DNA of 38,027 nucleotides. Origin: Archaeoglobaceae archaeon. GTDB taxonomy: Archaea; Halobacteriota; Archaeoglobi; Archaeoglobales; JdFR-42. Of this stretch, positions 1-8,979 are shown one piece after another. Positions within the stretch are counted from its first letter, which is position 1. Each line of letters begins with the position of its first letter. Below the pieces are notes generated by a model. It did not search any database and had not been told where the DNA came from. It worked only from the letters and a program-made list of their open reading frames with translations. Made by a program: the position numbers and the translations under genes. The stretch spans positions 1 to 38,027 of the forward strand of contig WAJW01000185.1 of the NCBI GenBank assembly GCA_015523685.1, read 5' to 3'.

Positions 1-204
1 AGATGGCTCGTGGATAGAATTCTGTGATCCTTCTGAAAATCTTTATTTAGCTCTATCTACCCACTGCTTTCAGGTTTCCTGCGGAAGCGAGGGGTATATG
101 GAGTTGAAATCATTAATGCTCCCGGAATTTAAATGCAAAAGAAGAGGAAATAATGAGATCGATGTTTCAGATTCATTTCCGGATACAAAACATCACGTGC
201 TCCG

Positions 205-573
205 ATGCATGTTTCATGCCATCAAATAAATCGGAAAGTGACAGGAAATGGGATGGATAATTTACATGTCCCTGAGGATTGCAGGGTGCAACAGTTAAAG
301 ACCGGACAATCAGGGGCAGTATTAAATAATATCAGACCAACATGTATAACCGTGAAGGCAAAGATAGCAGAAGGTATTGCATTCATTGCATTCGGCTTGC
401 TTGATCTGATTACCGCACACTACACTTTACGTGCATACGATATAGCCATTGAGAATAACGTCCACCATGAACTCGTGGATCTTGCACCGACTCTTTACAG
501 GATTCTCGTTATTTTCGGAATAACTGGCATTGCCCTCGGAGGAGTGATGATCGGAAACTACCTGAAGAAATGA
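205..573 (+). CDS. hypothetical small membrane protein (start uncertain)
   Basis: Open frame with two hydrophobic segments (IAFIAFGLLDLI, ILVIFGITGIALGGVMIG). No recognisable family. The N-terminal third looks non-coding-like, so the true start may be internal. Confidence 0.3.
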   Translation: MHVSCHQINRKVTGNGMDNLHVPEDCRVQQLKTGQSGAVLNNIRPTCITVKAKIAEGIAFIAFGLLDLITAHYTLRAYDIAIENNVHHELVDLAPTLYRILVIFGITGIALGGVMIGNYLKK

Positions 574-620
574 TACATGCTCCGGCCGGTCTGAATCAGG
601 TTTTGATGAAAATAAAAAAG

Positions 621-629
621 ATTAAATAT
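621..629 (+). promoter_or_regulatory. TATA-like box upstream of the sdh operon
   Basis: ATTAAATAT in an A-rich stretch about 45 nt upstream of the sdhA ATG. GGTGA Shine-Dalgarno-like motif at 661-665. Confidence 0.35.
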
Positions 630-669
630 CCATGGAATAACCCAGATCTGCTTTAGTTCTGGTGATGGT

Positions 670-2367
670 ATGATAGTTCAGCATGATGTGACAATCATTG
701 GGGCTGGTCTGGCAGGTCTGAGAGCCTCAATAGGTGCTGCAGAGAAGAGTGACAGAATTTCCATAGCACTTGTATCAAAGATATATCCTCTCAGATCCCA
801 TTCCGTATGCGCTGAAGGTGGAACCGGTGCTGCCCTGAGGGAGGGTGACTCTGTCGAACTTCATTCATGGGATACAGTGAAGGGCAGTGATTTCCTCGGG
901 GATCAGGATGCCATCGAGTTCTTCTGTTCAATTGCACCGAGGGAAGTGATCCTCCTGGAGCACTGGGGATGCCCGTGGAGCAGAACCGAGAACGGGATGC
1001 TCGATCAGAGACCATTCGGGGGGCATAGCTTTCCACGTGCATGTTATGCAGCAGATAGAACGGGATTTCACGAGATGCACACCCTCTATGAAAGAAGTCT
1101 GATGTACGATAATATAGAGAGGTACAGCGAGTATTTTGTCACATCCCTGATAATAGAGGATAACAGGGTTCGGGGAGTTACCGCAATTGACCTGAGAACT
1201 GGCGAGCTCATGGTTTTCCAGTCAAAGGCCGTCATCATAGCGACGGGTGGGGCGGGCAGACTGTATGAGTTCACAACATACTCCCACACCGTGACGGGAG
1301 ATGGAATGGCCATAGCATACAGGGCTGGAATACCTCTAAAGGACATGGAATTTTTCCAGTTTCATCCAACGGGGCTTCTTCCTTCAGGAATCCTCATCAC
1401 AGAGGGGGCAAGGGGTGAGGGAGGTTATCTTCTCAACAACAGGAATGAGAGATTTATGGAGAGATACGCACCGGAAAAGATGGAGCTTGCACCAAGAGAT
1501 ATTGTTTCAAGATCGATGATGACCGAAATCAACGAGGGGAGGGGGTTCGAAGGTCCGTATGGCCAGTACCTCTTACTTGATCTCAGACATCTTGGGGAGG
1601 AGAAAATCAATGAGAAACTTCCCCTGATAAGAGAGGCTTCTATCAAATTCAGCGGAGTTGATCCAGTGGAGGAGCCCATCCCTGTCAGACCCGTGGCCCA
1701 CTATACGATGGGTGGAATTCATACGAACATGTACACCGAAACACCTGTAAAGGGCCTTTATTCTGCAGGAGAGGCTGCGTGTGTCAGCATACACGGAGCA
1801 AACAGGCTCGGCACAAACTCAACCATGGAATGTCTTGTTTTCGGGGGGGTAGCAGGAGAACGTGCAGCTGAGTTTGCCCTCGGAAACGATTTTGCCCCCG
1901 TCAGCAGTGATTACGTGAAGGAAGAGGAGAGAAGACTGTTCGATGATCTGCTTTCCAGAAATGGAGATGAGAGAATTTCTGTGATAAGAGACGAGATGCG
2001 ATCAACAATGGAAAGACATGTGGGGATCTTCAGAAACGGAGAAGATCTTAAAACAGGTTTAAGGAAAATACAGGAGCTTAAGGAGAGATTTAAAAACATA
2101 TCCATAACAGATAAGGGGAGATCCTTCAACACCGAGCTCACACATGCCCTTGAAGTTGATTTCATGCTCGATCTCGCTGAGGTCGTTGTATCTGGAGCTC
2201 TTTTACGTGAGGAGAGCAGGGGTGCACATTACAGAACTGATTTCCCGAAAAGGGATGATAAAAAATGGCTCAAGCACACACTCGCATATTACACTCCAGA
2301 AGGTCCGAAATTCGATTACATCCCGGTGACCATCACAAAATGGAAACCGGTGGAGAGAAAATACTGA
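670..2367 (+). CDS. sdhA: succinate dehydrogenase / fumarate reductase flavoprotein subunit
   Basis: N-terminal dinucleotide fold DVTIIGAGLAGLRA. Covalent-FAD His context RSHSVCAEGG. FFQFHPTG and GANRLGTNS motifs. Followed by sdhB/C/D. Confidence 0.93.
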   Translation: MIVQHDVTIIGAGLAGLRASIGAAEKSDRISIALVSKIYPLRSHSVCAEGGTGAALREGDSVELHSWDTVKGSDFLGDQDAIEFFCSIAPREVILLEHWGCPWSRTENGMLDQRPFGGHSFPRACYAADRTGFHEMHTLYERSLMYDNIERYSEYFVTSLIIEDNRVRGVTAIDLRTGELMVFQSKAVIIATGGAGRLYEFTTYSHTVTGDGMAIAYRAGIPLKDMEFFQFHPTGLLPSGILITEGARGEGGYLLNNRNERFMERYAPEKMELAPRDIVSRSMMTEINEGRGFEGPYGQYLLLDLRHLGEEKINEKLPLIREASIKFSGVDPVEEPIPVRPVAHYTMGGIHTNMYTETPVKGLYSAGEAACVSIHGANRLGTNSTMECLVFGGVAGERAAEFALGNDFAPVSSDYVKEEERRLFDDLLSRNGDERISVIRDEMRSTMERHVGIFRNGEDLKTGLRKIQELKERFKNISITDKGRSFNTELTHALEVDFMLDLAEVVVSGALLREESRGAHYRTDFPKRDDKKWLKHTLAYYTPEGPKFDYIPVTITKWKPVERKY

Positions 2368-2376
2368 GGTGTTCGG

Positions 2377-3102
2377 ATGGAGGAGAGAGAGGTCACATTC
2401 ATCGTAAAAAGATTTTATAGAAATGAGTGGCGTGAGGACAGATACGAATTCAAAGCAGTAAGGGGAATGACGGTTCTCGATGGTCTTTTCCACATTAGAG
2501 ACAATATCGACCCTTCTCTGTCATTCAGGGCTTCATGCAGAATGGGGATATGCGGAAGCTGTGGTATGGTGATAAACGGAAAGGCGATGCTTGCGTGCTC
2601 CACCCAGATATTCGATCTCGGAACGGATGTTGTGAGAATCGAGCCTCTGAGGAATATGGAAGCCCTAAAAGATCTCATATCTGACTTCGATGACTTCTTT
2701 GAAAAGCACCGCAGGGTTAAACCATATCTGATAAGGAAAGAGGAAAAAAGCATTGAGGAAGGGGAGTACATTCAGACTCCCGATGAGCTCAGAAAATACA
2801 GGCAGTACTCCCTATGCATAAAGTGCGGATTGTGCTACGATGCATGTTCCATCACGGGATCAAATAAAGAATATCTCGGCCCTGCTGCCCTTGCATCGGC
2901 ATGCAGATTCATAATGGACAGCAGGGATCAGGGAGAGGATGAGAGGATTCCACTGGTAAGTGACCATACAGGTTGCTGGAGATGTCATTTCATGGCTGAA
3001 TGCAGTGAGGTCTGCCCGAAGGAGGTTGATCCTGCTGACGCAATCCAGAAATTGAAGAGAAAGGCACTGATTTATTCGTTGAAAAGGCTTTTCAGAAGGT
3101 GA
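2377..3102 (+). CDS. sdhB: succinate dehydrogenase iron-sulfur subunit
   Basis: Three Cys clusters: CRMGICGSCGMVINGKAMLAC, CIKCGLCYDAC and CWRCHFMAECSEVCP. Sits directly after sdhA. Confidence 0.9.
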   Translation: MEEREVTFIVKRFYRNEWREDRYEFKAVRGMTVLDGLFHIRDNIDPSLSFRASCRMGICGSCGMVINGKAMLACSTQIFDLGTDVVRIEPLRNMEALKDLISDFDDFFEKHRRVKPYLIRKEEKSIEEGEYIQTPDELRKYRQYSLCIKCGLCYDACSITGSNKEYLGPAALASACRFIMDSRDQGEDERIPLVSDHTGCWRCHFMAECSEVCPKEVDPADAIQKLKRKALIYSLKRLFRR

Positions 3103-3488
3103 TGCTCGTGTCGGTAAAAGATTCAATTTCATCATGGTTCAGAATCGAGGGCAGAGGTATTTCAGGCTATGCTTTTATAATCCACAGGCTCACTGGAATC
3201 GTTCTGACCGCGTATATCTTTCTTCATCTGGCATTCCTCACATCACTCACGGAGGGCGAATCCGCATACACCTCACTGATTGAGAAGACCGTTAACATAA
3301 GATTTCTGCCCTTTGACATACTTCTGATTGGAGTGACAATATACCATTCACTGAATGGCCTCAGACTCGTCATTGCGGAATTTTTCGTAACCAGATACCA
3401 CAGAGAACTTTTTGTCATATTCATCATCGTCGGTGTGGTTATATGGATATTCACATCCTATCTCCTTTACAGGTTTGTGGTGGTGTAA
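3099..3488 (+). CDS. sdhC: succinate dehydrogenase membrane anchor / cytochrome b subunit
   Basis: GTGA overlap with the sdhB stop (in-frame ATG at 3102). About three hydrophobic helices with conserved-looking His (IIHRLTG, YHSLNG). Position in operon. Confidence 0.7.
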   Translation: MMLVSVKDSISSWFRIEGRGISGYAFIIHRLTGIVLTAYIFLHLAFLTSLTEGESAYTSLIEKTVNIRFLPFDILLIGVTIYHSLNGLRLVIAEFFVTRYHRELFVIFIIVGVVIWIFTSYLLYRFVVV

Positions 3489-3842
3489 ATGGAAGAGATG
3501 CATACAAAAAAGGTTCTTGAGCCAGTGTGGTGGTTCTTTCAGATTATCACCGGAATACTGCTTCTCGTTCTTGTGTCACTTCACCTGTATGTGACCCATT
3601 TCGCATCAGAAAAAGCCCTTGATTATTCCAGCGTCATCGGAAGGCTATCGTCTCCAGGATTCAAAGTGTTATATGCCGTTCTCCTTCTTGCGGTGGTTTA
3701 TCATGGTATAAATGGAATGAGAGCTATATTCCTCGATCTCACAATGAGCGACGTGACAAAAAGGATTGTCAATATCCTCAGCCTGATTGTTGCACTTCTG
3801 CTCTTCGGATATGGAGTATATCTTCTGGCAAACATTGGATAA
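3489..3842 (+). CDS. sdhD: succinate dehydrogenase small membrane anchor subunit
   Basis: ATG immediately abuts the sdhC stop. Three hydrophobic helices and a YHGINGMR motif paralleling sdhC. Confidence 0.7.
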   Translation: MEEMHTKKVLEPVWWFFQIITGILLLVLVSLHLYVTHFASEKALDYSSVIGRLSSPGFKVLYAVLLLAVVYHGINGMRAIFLDLTMSDVTKRIVNILSLIVALLLFGYGVYLLANIG

Positions 3843-3851
3843 CCGGCTGAG

Positions 3852-4169
3852 TTATCCATCTTCTTTTTTAATCAAATCCTGATATTTAACCGATTGAAGA
3901 ATTCCATCCAGCTTTTCCACTTCCTTCTGGTAGGTGATATATCCCTTTTCTGTAATTTTCACCACAGTTCTGATACCCTTCGGTGTTATCACTTTTTTTC
4001 TCTTTATGTAATCCCCATCTTCCAGTCTTCGCAGATGGGTACTGAGACTGCCCCATCCTATATTGCTCGCTCTCGCCAGCTCACCCTCTGTCAGTTCTTT
4101 GAAGAGGTACAGGAGAGTGAGTATAACGAATCGCTTTGGATTGAATATGTTTTCATCGAACTCAACCAT
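3852..4169 (-). CDS. winged-helix (ArsR/MarR-like) transcriptional regulator
   Basis: The stretch LTEGELARASNIGWGSLSTHLRRLEDGDYIKRKK is a typical HTH plus wing. I chose the internal ATG at 4169 (GGGGAT SD-like 4-5 nt upstream) over the ORF-track start 4223. The chosen start overlaps the upstream membrane gene by 8 nt. Confidence 0.7.
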   Translation of the reverse strand: MVEFDENIFNPKRFVILTLLYLFKELTEGELARASNIGWGSLSTHLRRLEDGDYIKRKKVITPKGIRTVVKITEKGYITYQKEVEKLDGILQSVKYQDLIKKEDG

Positions 4170-4788
4170 ATATCCCCTTCTGAGCTCTGACGAACCCGTA
4201 GAGCCCTGAAAACAGATATACACCCATCATGAGTCCATCTGCCAGAAGGCTTAAAGCAACCACATGATACGTGGTGGATACACTGCCAGTAAAGGGCACA
4301 AAAACAGTTGAGGTTACGATGATGGCAACACCTGTAAGGGTCATGGATTTTGTTACGATAAACCTGCTTTTCCTTTCAACATACAATCCCGCGAGAATTA
4401 ATCCGACTCCAAGGGATGGATACCACGCAAGGGAATAATAGAGGGCATTCTGAACCCCTGATAGATCCAAAAGCGGGGGGATAACGGAGTATGAAAAAAG
4501 GAATGGCAGGGCAAACAGCACCCATGAGTATTTCCATGGCCGATATATTTCCTCAACCCCGGGAACGAACCTCCAGAAATACCGGTAGACAAATCCTGCC
4601 AGTAAACCCGCGATCAGGAGAATGAGAAAAACCCAGTGATCATACCCCAGGAGGAGGAGGGCATTCATAAGAGCCGTAGCGGAGCCTATAATCATCCCGA
4701 ATATTATCCAGCCGAGAGATGCAACGATGTTGTATCTGTACCTCTCAAGTTTCAGGGCAATTTCCCCAAGGATTTTTTCTTCGTTCAT
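4162..4788 (-). CDS. hypothetical polytopic membrane protein
   Basis: About 6 hydrophobic segments and no recognisable family. Co-directional with, and overlapping, the downstream wHTH regulator. Confidence 0.55.
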   Translation of the reverse strand: MNEEKILGEIALKLERYRYNIVASLGWIIFGMIIGSATALMNALLLLGYDHWVFLILLIAGLLAGFVYRYFWRFVPGVEEIYRPWKYSWVLFALPFLFSYSVIPPLLDLSGVQNALYYSLAWYPSLGVGLILAGLYVERKSRFIVTKSMTLTGVAIIVTSTVFVPFTGSVSTTYHVVALSLLADGLMMGVYLFSGLYGFVRAQKGIYG

Positions 4789-4881
4789 GTTAAATTCTTG
4801 CCCGTCAGGGTTTAAATAACCTGATCAAACTCTCATAATAATAGCCGGATGCAGTGTATGCCCCGGCTGATGAGGTTTATA

Positions 4882-5826
4882 TCAATCAATCACATCAACC
4901 TTTGCACCGGCATTTCTCACATTTGTGTACAAAGATATCCCCTCCCCGACCTCAGAAATAAACTTTTCAAGAGATCTGGCCAGTTTTCTCGCTTTATTCA
5001 AACCCTCCACAAATCCGTAAAATGCGGGACCCCATGAACTCTGACCGCATCCACCTGCACCCATTTCCCTCAGAAATTCAATACCATCCTGGATGATCCT
5101 CTCCCTCACAATGCCGGATTGAGCAACAGAGAAGGATTTCCCCACCTCCACATCTATTCTATCGAGAGCGTTGACAAACTCGCTGAAATCTTCCTCAACA
5201 ATTGCAGGAAGAAGGTTCATGAGCAGTATTCTGGATATCCTCTCCGATGTATCCATCCCTCTCTGTGAAACAAGATTCATCAACCTTTTTTCATCGTGTC
5301 CCCAGACGCGCTCCATCTCAGGAATTCCGATAACAGCATACCAGTTCTCCGGTATCTCATATCTGACAAGCAGGGGAGGAAGGTCTCCTTTTCCATGACC
5401 TCCATCGAGAATAAAACCACCATGTTCAAACGCATGGATTCCAACACCTGAAACCGAGCCTCTCCCCATAATCCGGGCAATATCATATGTGCTCAGGTTC
5501 AGGTTGGTCAGGATCGATATTGCTTTACCTGTGGAAAGGGCAAGCTGGGTGCCCGAACCGAGCCCGGAATGAGATGGGGGGGATGAAACAATCTCTATCC
5601 TGAACTTATCTTCTAATCCAAGTTTGTTTATAAATCTTCCGGCAAATTCCTCAACCCTATGAGCATCTCTTCCTGAAACGATAAAACTATCCGAGAATTC
5701 AGCCTCAATTACCGTGGCAGGATAATTCAGGGCAAGACCAAATGAACCGTACTTCCTCCCGCTGGAACCCCTCATATCAACTATTCCGAGATGGAGTCTT
5801 GATGGACCTTCAACCCTTACCTTCAT
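4882..5826 (-). CDS. mptG: beta-ribofuranosylaminobenzene 5'-phosphate (beta-RFAP) synthase family, GHMP-kinase-like (methanopterin biosynthesis)
   Basis: N-terminus PSRLHLGIVDMRGSSGRKYGSFGLAL and the HSGLGSGTQLAL loop resemble the MptG family. Size of about 314 aa fits. Confidence 0.7.
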   Translation of the reverse strand: MKVRVEGPSRLHLGIVDMRGSSGRKYGSFGLALNYPATVIEAEFSDSFIVSGRDAHRVEEFAGRFINKLGLEDKFRIEIVSSPPSHSGLGSGTQLALSTGKAISILTNLNLSTYDIARIMGRGSVSGVGIHAFEHGGFILDGGHGKGDLPPLLVRYEIPENWYAVIGIPEMERVWGHDEKRLMNLVSQRGMDTSERISRILLMNLLPAIVEEDFSEFVNALDRIDVEVGKSFSVAQSGIVRERIIQDGIEFLREMGAGGCGQSSWGPAFYGFVEGLNKARKLARSLEKFISEVGEGISLYTNVRNAGAKVDVID

Positions 5827-6844
5827 AAAGCACTTCCGGAATGGTTCTTTCGTAAGGAGGATGGATAATGCCCTTTTCAGTTATGAGAGCGGTAACATAT
5901 TTCAGGGGAGTTGGATCGAATGCAGGATTGTAAACCCTGACATCCAGCGGTGCAATCTGATGTTCTCCAAAAAACTTCAATTCATCTGGACTCCTTTCCT
6001 CAATAACAACATCTCCTTCTTCTCTTTCGAAATCAAATGTTGTGGTTGGCACCGCAACATAGAAGGGGATACCATGATGATCAGCCAGAATTGAGAGAGA
6101 GTAAGTTCCAATCTTGTTGAAAACCGCATACCTCACAACCCTGTCCGCTCCAACCATGACAAGATCCACCATGCCTTTCTTCATAACAAATCCGGCCATG
6201 TTATCTGTGATAAGCGTCACATCTATTCCATCCTCCATCAGCTCCCACGCTGTCAGTCTTGAACCCTGATTCAGTGGCCTTGTCTCGCAGGCAATAACCT
6301 TTATATCCCTCCCGGCCTCCACAGCACTCCTTATAACTCCCAGAGCGGTACCCCAGTCAACACACGCCAGCCTCCCTGCATTGCAGTAGGTCATCACGGT
6401 ATCTCCATCCCTGATGAGCTTTTTACCATTCTCGCCTATCATCCTGTTTATCCTCACATCCTCCTCGGCAATTTTTTCAGCCTCTTTCAGAGCAAGTTCC
6501 CTTATTTCATCAACACTCTCACCTTTCAGCGCGGACTTCAGGGTGCGATCTATGCCGTAAAATAGATTAACCGCTGTTGGCCTTGTATTTCTCAGAACCT
6601 CCGCCTTCTCGATGAGATACCTCTTTACCTCCTCGGTGTTTCCTCCGGCCTCATACGAAGCGAGAACCACACCATAAGCCCCGGCAACACCGAGGGCTGG
6701 AGCTCCTCTGACCTTGAGAACCTTAATGGCCTCGGCAAGCTGGTTGACAGACCTGCATTTCTCCAGAACAAATTCTGATGGAAGCTTTGTCTGATCAATG
6801 AGGATCACAGATGATGTTTCATCATCCCAGTAGATCGTCCTCAT
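5810..6844 (-). CDS. mtnA: methylthioribose-1-phosphate isomerase (eIF-2B alpha/beta/delta-like family)
   Basis: MRTIYWDD...VILIDQTKLPSEF...VRGAPALGVAGAYG, CNAGRLA and GADRV motifs. Start taken at the ATG at 6844. The ORF-track start 6865 is also possible. Confidence 0.85.
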   Translation of the reverse strand: MRTIYWDDETSSVILIDQTKLPSEFVLEKCRSVNQLAEAIKVLKVRGAPALGVAGAYGVVLASYEAGGNTEEVKRYLIEKAEVLRNTRPTAVNLFYGIDRTLKSALKGESVDEIRELALKEAEKIAEEDVRINRMIGENGKKLIRDGDTVMTYCNAGRLACVDWGTALGVIRSAVEAGRDIKVIACETRPLNQGSRLTAWELMEDGIDVTLITDNMAGFVMKKGMVDLVMVGADRVVRYAVFNKIGTYSLSILADHHGIPFYVAVPTTTFDFEREEGDVVIEERSPDELKFFGEHQIAPLDVRVYNPAFDPTPLKYVTALITEKGIIHPPYERTIPEVLYEGKG

Positions 6845-7397
6845 TTTTAACACCGGCCACATCAATTACGGTCATTCCTGTTTTGAGTTTTCCCGCCTCT
6901 TCCATACTCAGCACCTCTCTCTCAACACCATCCCCTATTATGGCACTGTTTCCGAAAGGGTCTTCCACAATAAGGGTAACTTCGTTTCTTCCTTCAAGGA
7001 TCTCATCAATAAGAGTCATGAGCTCTTTTGCTCTCTTAACCTTATCCCTGTCCTCCCACTGTTCAACCATGGACAGTATATCCCTTATACGATGAAAAAC
7101 GCCTTCCACATTTGTAACGTAGGCGAGAGATGCCGGACCTGGCTCAATATCGATACCGAGCTCCGGAACCCTTATGGTTCCAGAAGTGGATCTTATAACC
7201 CTGAAGAAAAGAGACGATGAGTCAACCTTCACCCTGTATCTTACCGGTTCCCGCACCTCCAGTATGATATAATCTGCATGTCTGAATCCACAAATGCAGG
7301 TAATTGATGTTAGCATTACATCCCCGAAATGGGGAACATTTTCAACAGAAATATTCAGTGTTACCTCTCTGTGGCAGATGGGACAGAATACCTTCAC
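6822..7397 (-). CDS. ZPR1-type zinc finger protein
   Basis: CPIC...(x)...CICG zinc-ribbon followed by the ZPR1 beta-domain pattern (VPHFGDVMLTSITC, IRVPELGIDIEPG). About 190 aa, as in archaeal ZPR1 homologues. Confidence 0.8.
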   Translation of the reverse strand: MKVFCPICHREVTLNISVENVPHFGDVMLTSITCICGFRHADYIILEVREPVRYRVKVDSSSLFFRVIRSTSGTIRVPELGIDIEPGPASLAYVTNVEGVFHRIRDILSMVEQWEDRDKVKRAKELMTLIDEILEGRNEVTLIVEDPFGNSAIIGDGVEREVLSMEEAGKLKTGMTVIDVAGVKNEDDLLG

Positions 7398-7777
7398 TTC
7401 TCCCCTCCAGAAATCTTGGTTCTGTCGATCCTTATGCCTGTGGGTGTTATGACGAGATGATCCTCCTTCAAACCTGCAATATCTCCCCGAACATCTGCCG
7501 CAACCCTTTTGAGTTCCTTTATCGCCCTGTCCATCACAAGCTTATCATGCTTTATCATAGAAATATCAACTATTACAATATTTCCCTCATAAATCTGTCT
7601 CCTTATCTCTGGCAACTCAGACATCCCGGTAAGCTCTGCGACCCTGACATATGCCTCGGCAGGTTCTTCTTCAAGGAACTCCTGCTCATATTCACTCAGA
7701 TCCAGCTCTTCATACTCCATAACACCATAATCCTTTTTTCCACCAAGAATTTTGTTGAACAGTCCCATTTCATACAC
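7394..7777 (-). CDS. sepF: cell division protein SepF homologue
   Basis: Short N-terminal amphipathic peptide (MGLFNKILGG), an acidic linker, then the SepF core (YEGNIVIVDIS...RAIKELKRVAADVRGDIAGL...LVITPTGIRIDR). ATGA overlap with the ZPR1 gene. Confidence 0.75.
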   Translation of the reverse strand: MYEMGLFNKILGGKKDYGVMEYEELDLSEYEQEFLEEEPAEAYVRVAELTGMSELPEIRRQIYEGNIVIVDISMIKHDKLVMDRAIKELKRVAADVRGDIAGLKEDHLVITPTGIRIDRTKISGGEK

Positions 7778-7835
7778 CTCTAATTAAAGATTAATCCCAG
7801 ATATTTAAATCATTCTTTCCCCGAGCACCATTAAC

Positions 7836-8321
7836 TCATGAGTTCAGGAAAAAATTCCATATTTTATCCCCCACATGATGGATATTCTTAACCGCCCTGC
7901 CCTTCCCCGATATCATTTCCGGGCCATCGACAATAGCGATCCCCACAGCAATGGGTGTGTTCTTCTTCTCTTCCACCACTATAACGAAATCCCCCTTCTT
8001 TACTTCTCCTTTCACACTCACAATTCCGGGTTTCATCACATCCGCGCCATTCATGATGAACCTGACAGCTCCCTCGTCAACAATAATGTAATTTCCACTG
8101 GGTCTGTATTTCAGTGCACCGAAGACCGTGAAAAAATATTTACGGTCGATTTCCATCAGAACCGGTTCCCCTCCCACGTTAACGATTTTTGTTCCATCAT
8201 CGAATTCCACCATCTCAAAACTCTCGTTTTTGAAGCCGGTATCTGTCAGGAAGGGCTCCAAATCCCTCAGGATCATTTTCAGTTCCTTTTTTCTGAGATG
8301 AAATCTTGATTTGATCTTCAT
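7836..8321 (-). CDS. PUA domain RNA-binding protein (MCT-1/Tma20-like)
   Basis: The C-terminal half (GAVRFIMNGADVMKPGI...GDFVIVVEEKKNTPIAVGIA) is a PUA fold. Start at 8321 chosen (GGAG upstream). The longer ORF to 8354 is possible if the mRNA is leaderless. Confidence 0.75.
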   Translation of the reverse strand: MKIKSRFHLRKKELKMILRDLEPFLTDTGFKNESFEMVEFDDGTKIVNVGGEPVLMEIDRKYFFTVFGALKYRPSGNYIIVDEGAVRFIMNGADVMKPGIVSVKGEVKKGDFVIVVEEKKNTPIAVGIAIVDGPEMISGKGRAVKNIHHVGDKIWNFFLNS

Positions 8322-8549
8322 CCTGGCTCCAGATCTCATTTGATTGCACCTCACGGTAGAATGGCCGAAGGCTTATAATTAAATTTCCGTATGGAAATCA
8401 AATTAAGAATCTCAGATTCTAAAGCAGTTCCATCTGATCTGCTCTAATATATAATGCCGGTTCAGAGGAAAATTATATCTCCGATATGTTTAAATACGTT
8501 AAACCCTCCCATTCACATATAAAATCAGAGACTGATTTAATCTTACTGA

Positions 8550-8780
<231 letters not shown>

Positions 8781-8797
8781 TGTGAAAAGGTGATATA

Positions 8798-8965
8798 ATG
8801 TCAAAAGGAACTCCGTCAATGGGAAAAAGAAACAAGAGAACGCACATAAAGTGCAGGAGATGCGGTAAGGTCTCGTATCACAGAAGCAGGAGATACTGTG
8901 CTTCATGCGGATTTGGAAAAAGTAAGAGGATGAAGAATTACAGATGGAAAAATAAAAAAGGATAA
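8798..8965 (+). CDS. rpl37e: 50S ribosomal protein L37e
   Basis: Not in the ORF track (55 aa). Hand translation: [55 protein letters not shown]. It has the CxxC...CxxC zinc ribbon. GGTGAT SD upstream. Confidence 0.9.
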   Translation: MSKGTPSMGKRNKRTHIKCRRCGKVSYHRSRRYCASCGFGKSKRMKNYRWKNKKG

Positions 8966-8979
8966 TCCGGTGGTCCCTG

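Noticed and set aside
791-2493. Multiple 60-96-aa ORFs antisense to or out of frame with sdhA. Similar shadow ORFs lie inside serS (12822..13403), hyuB (16816..17460), hyuA (18034..18450), the large subunit (24888..26387), the yqeB-like gene (29887..30459) and livG (33059..33553).
   Set aside because: All lie wholly within strongly supported genes and have biased, low-complexity translations with no start signals. They are the usual shadow ORFs.
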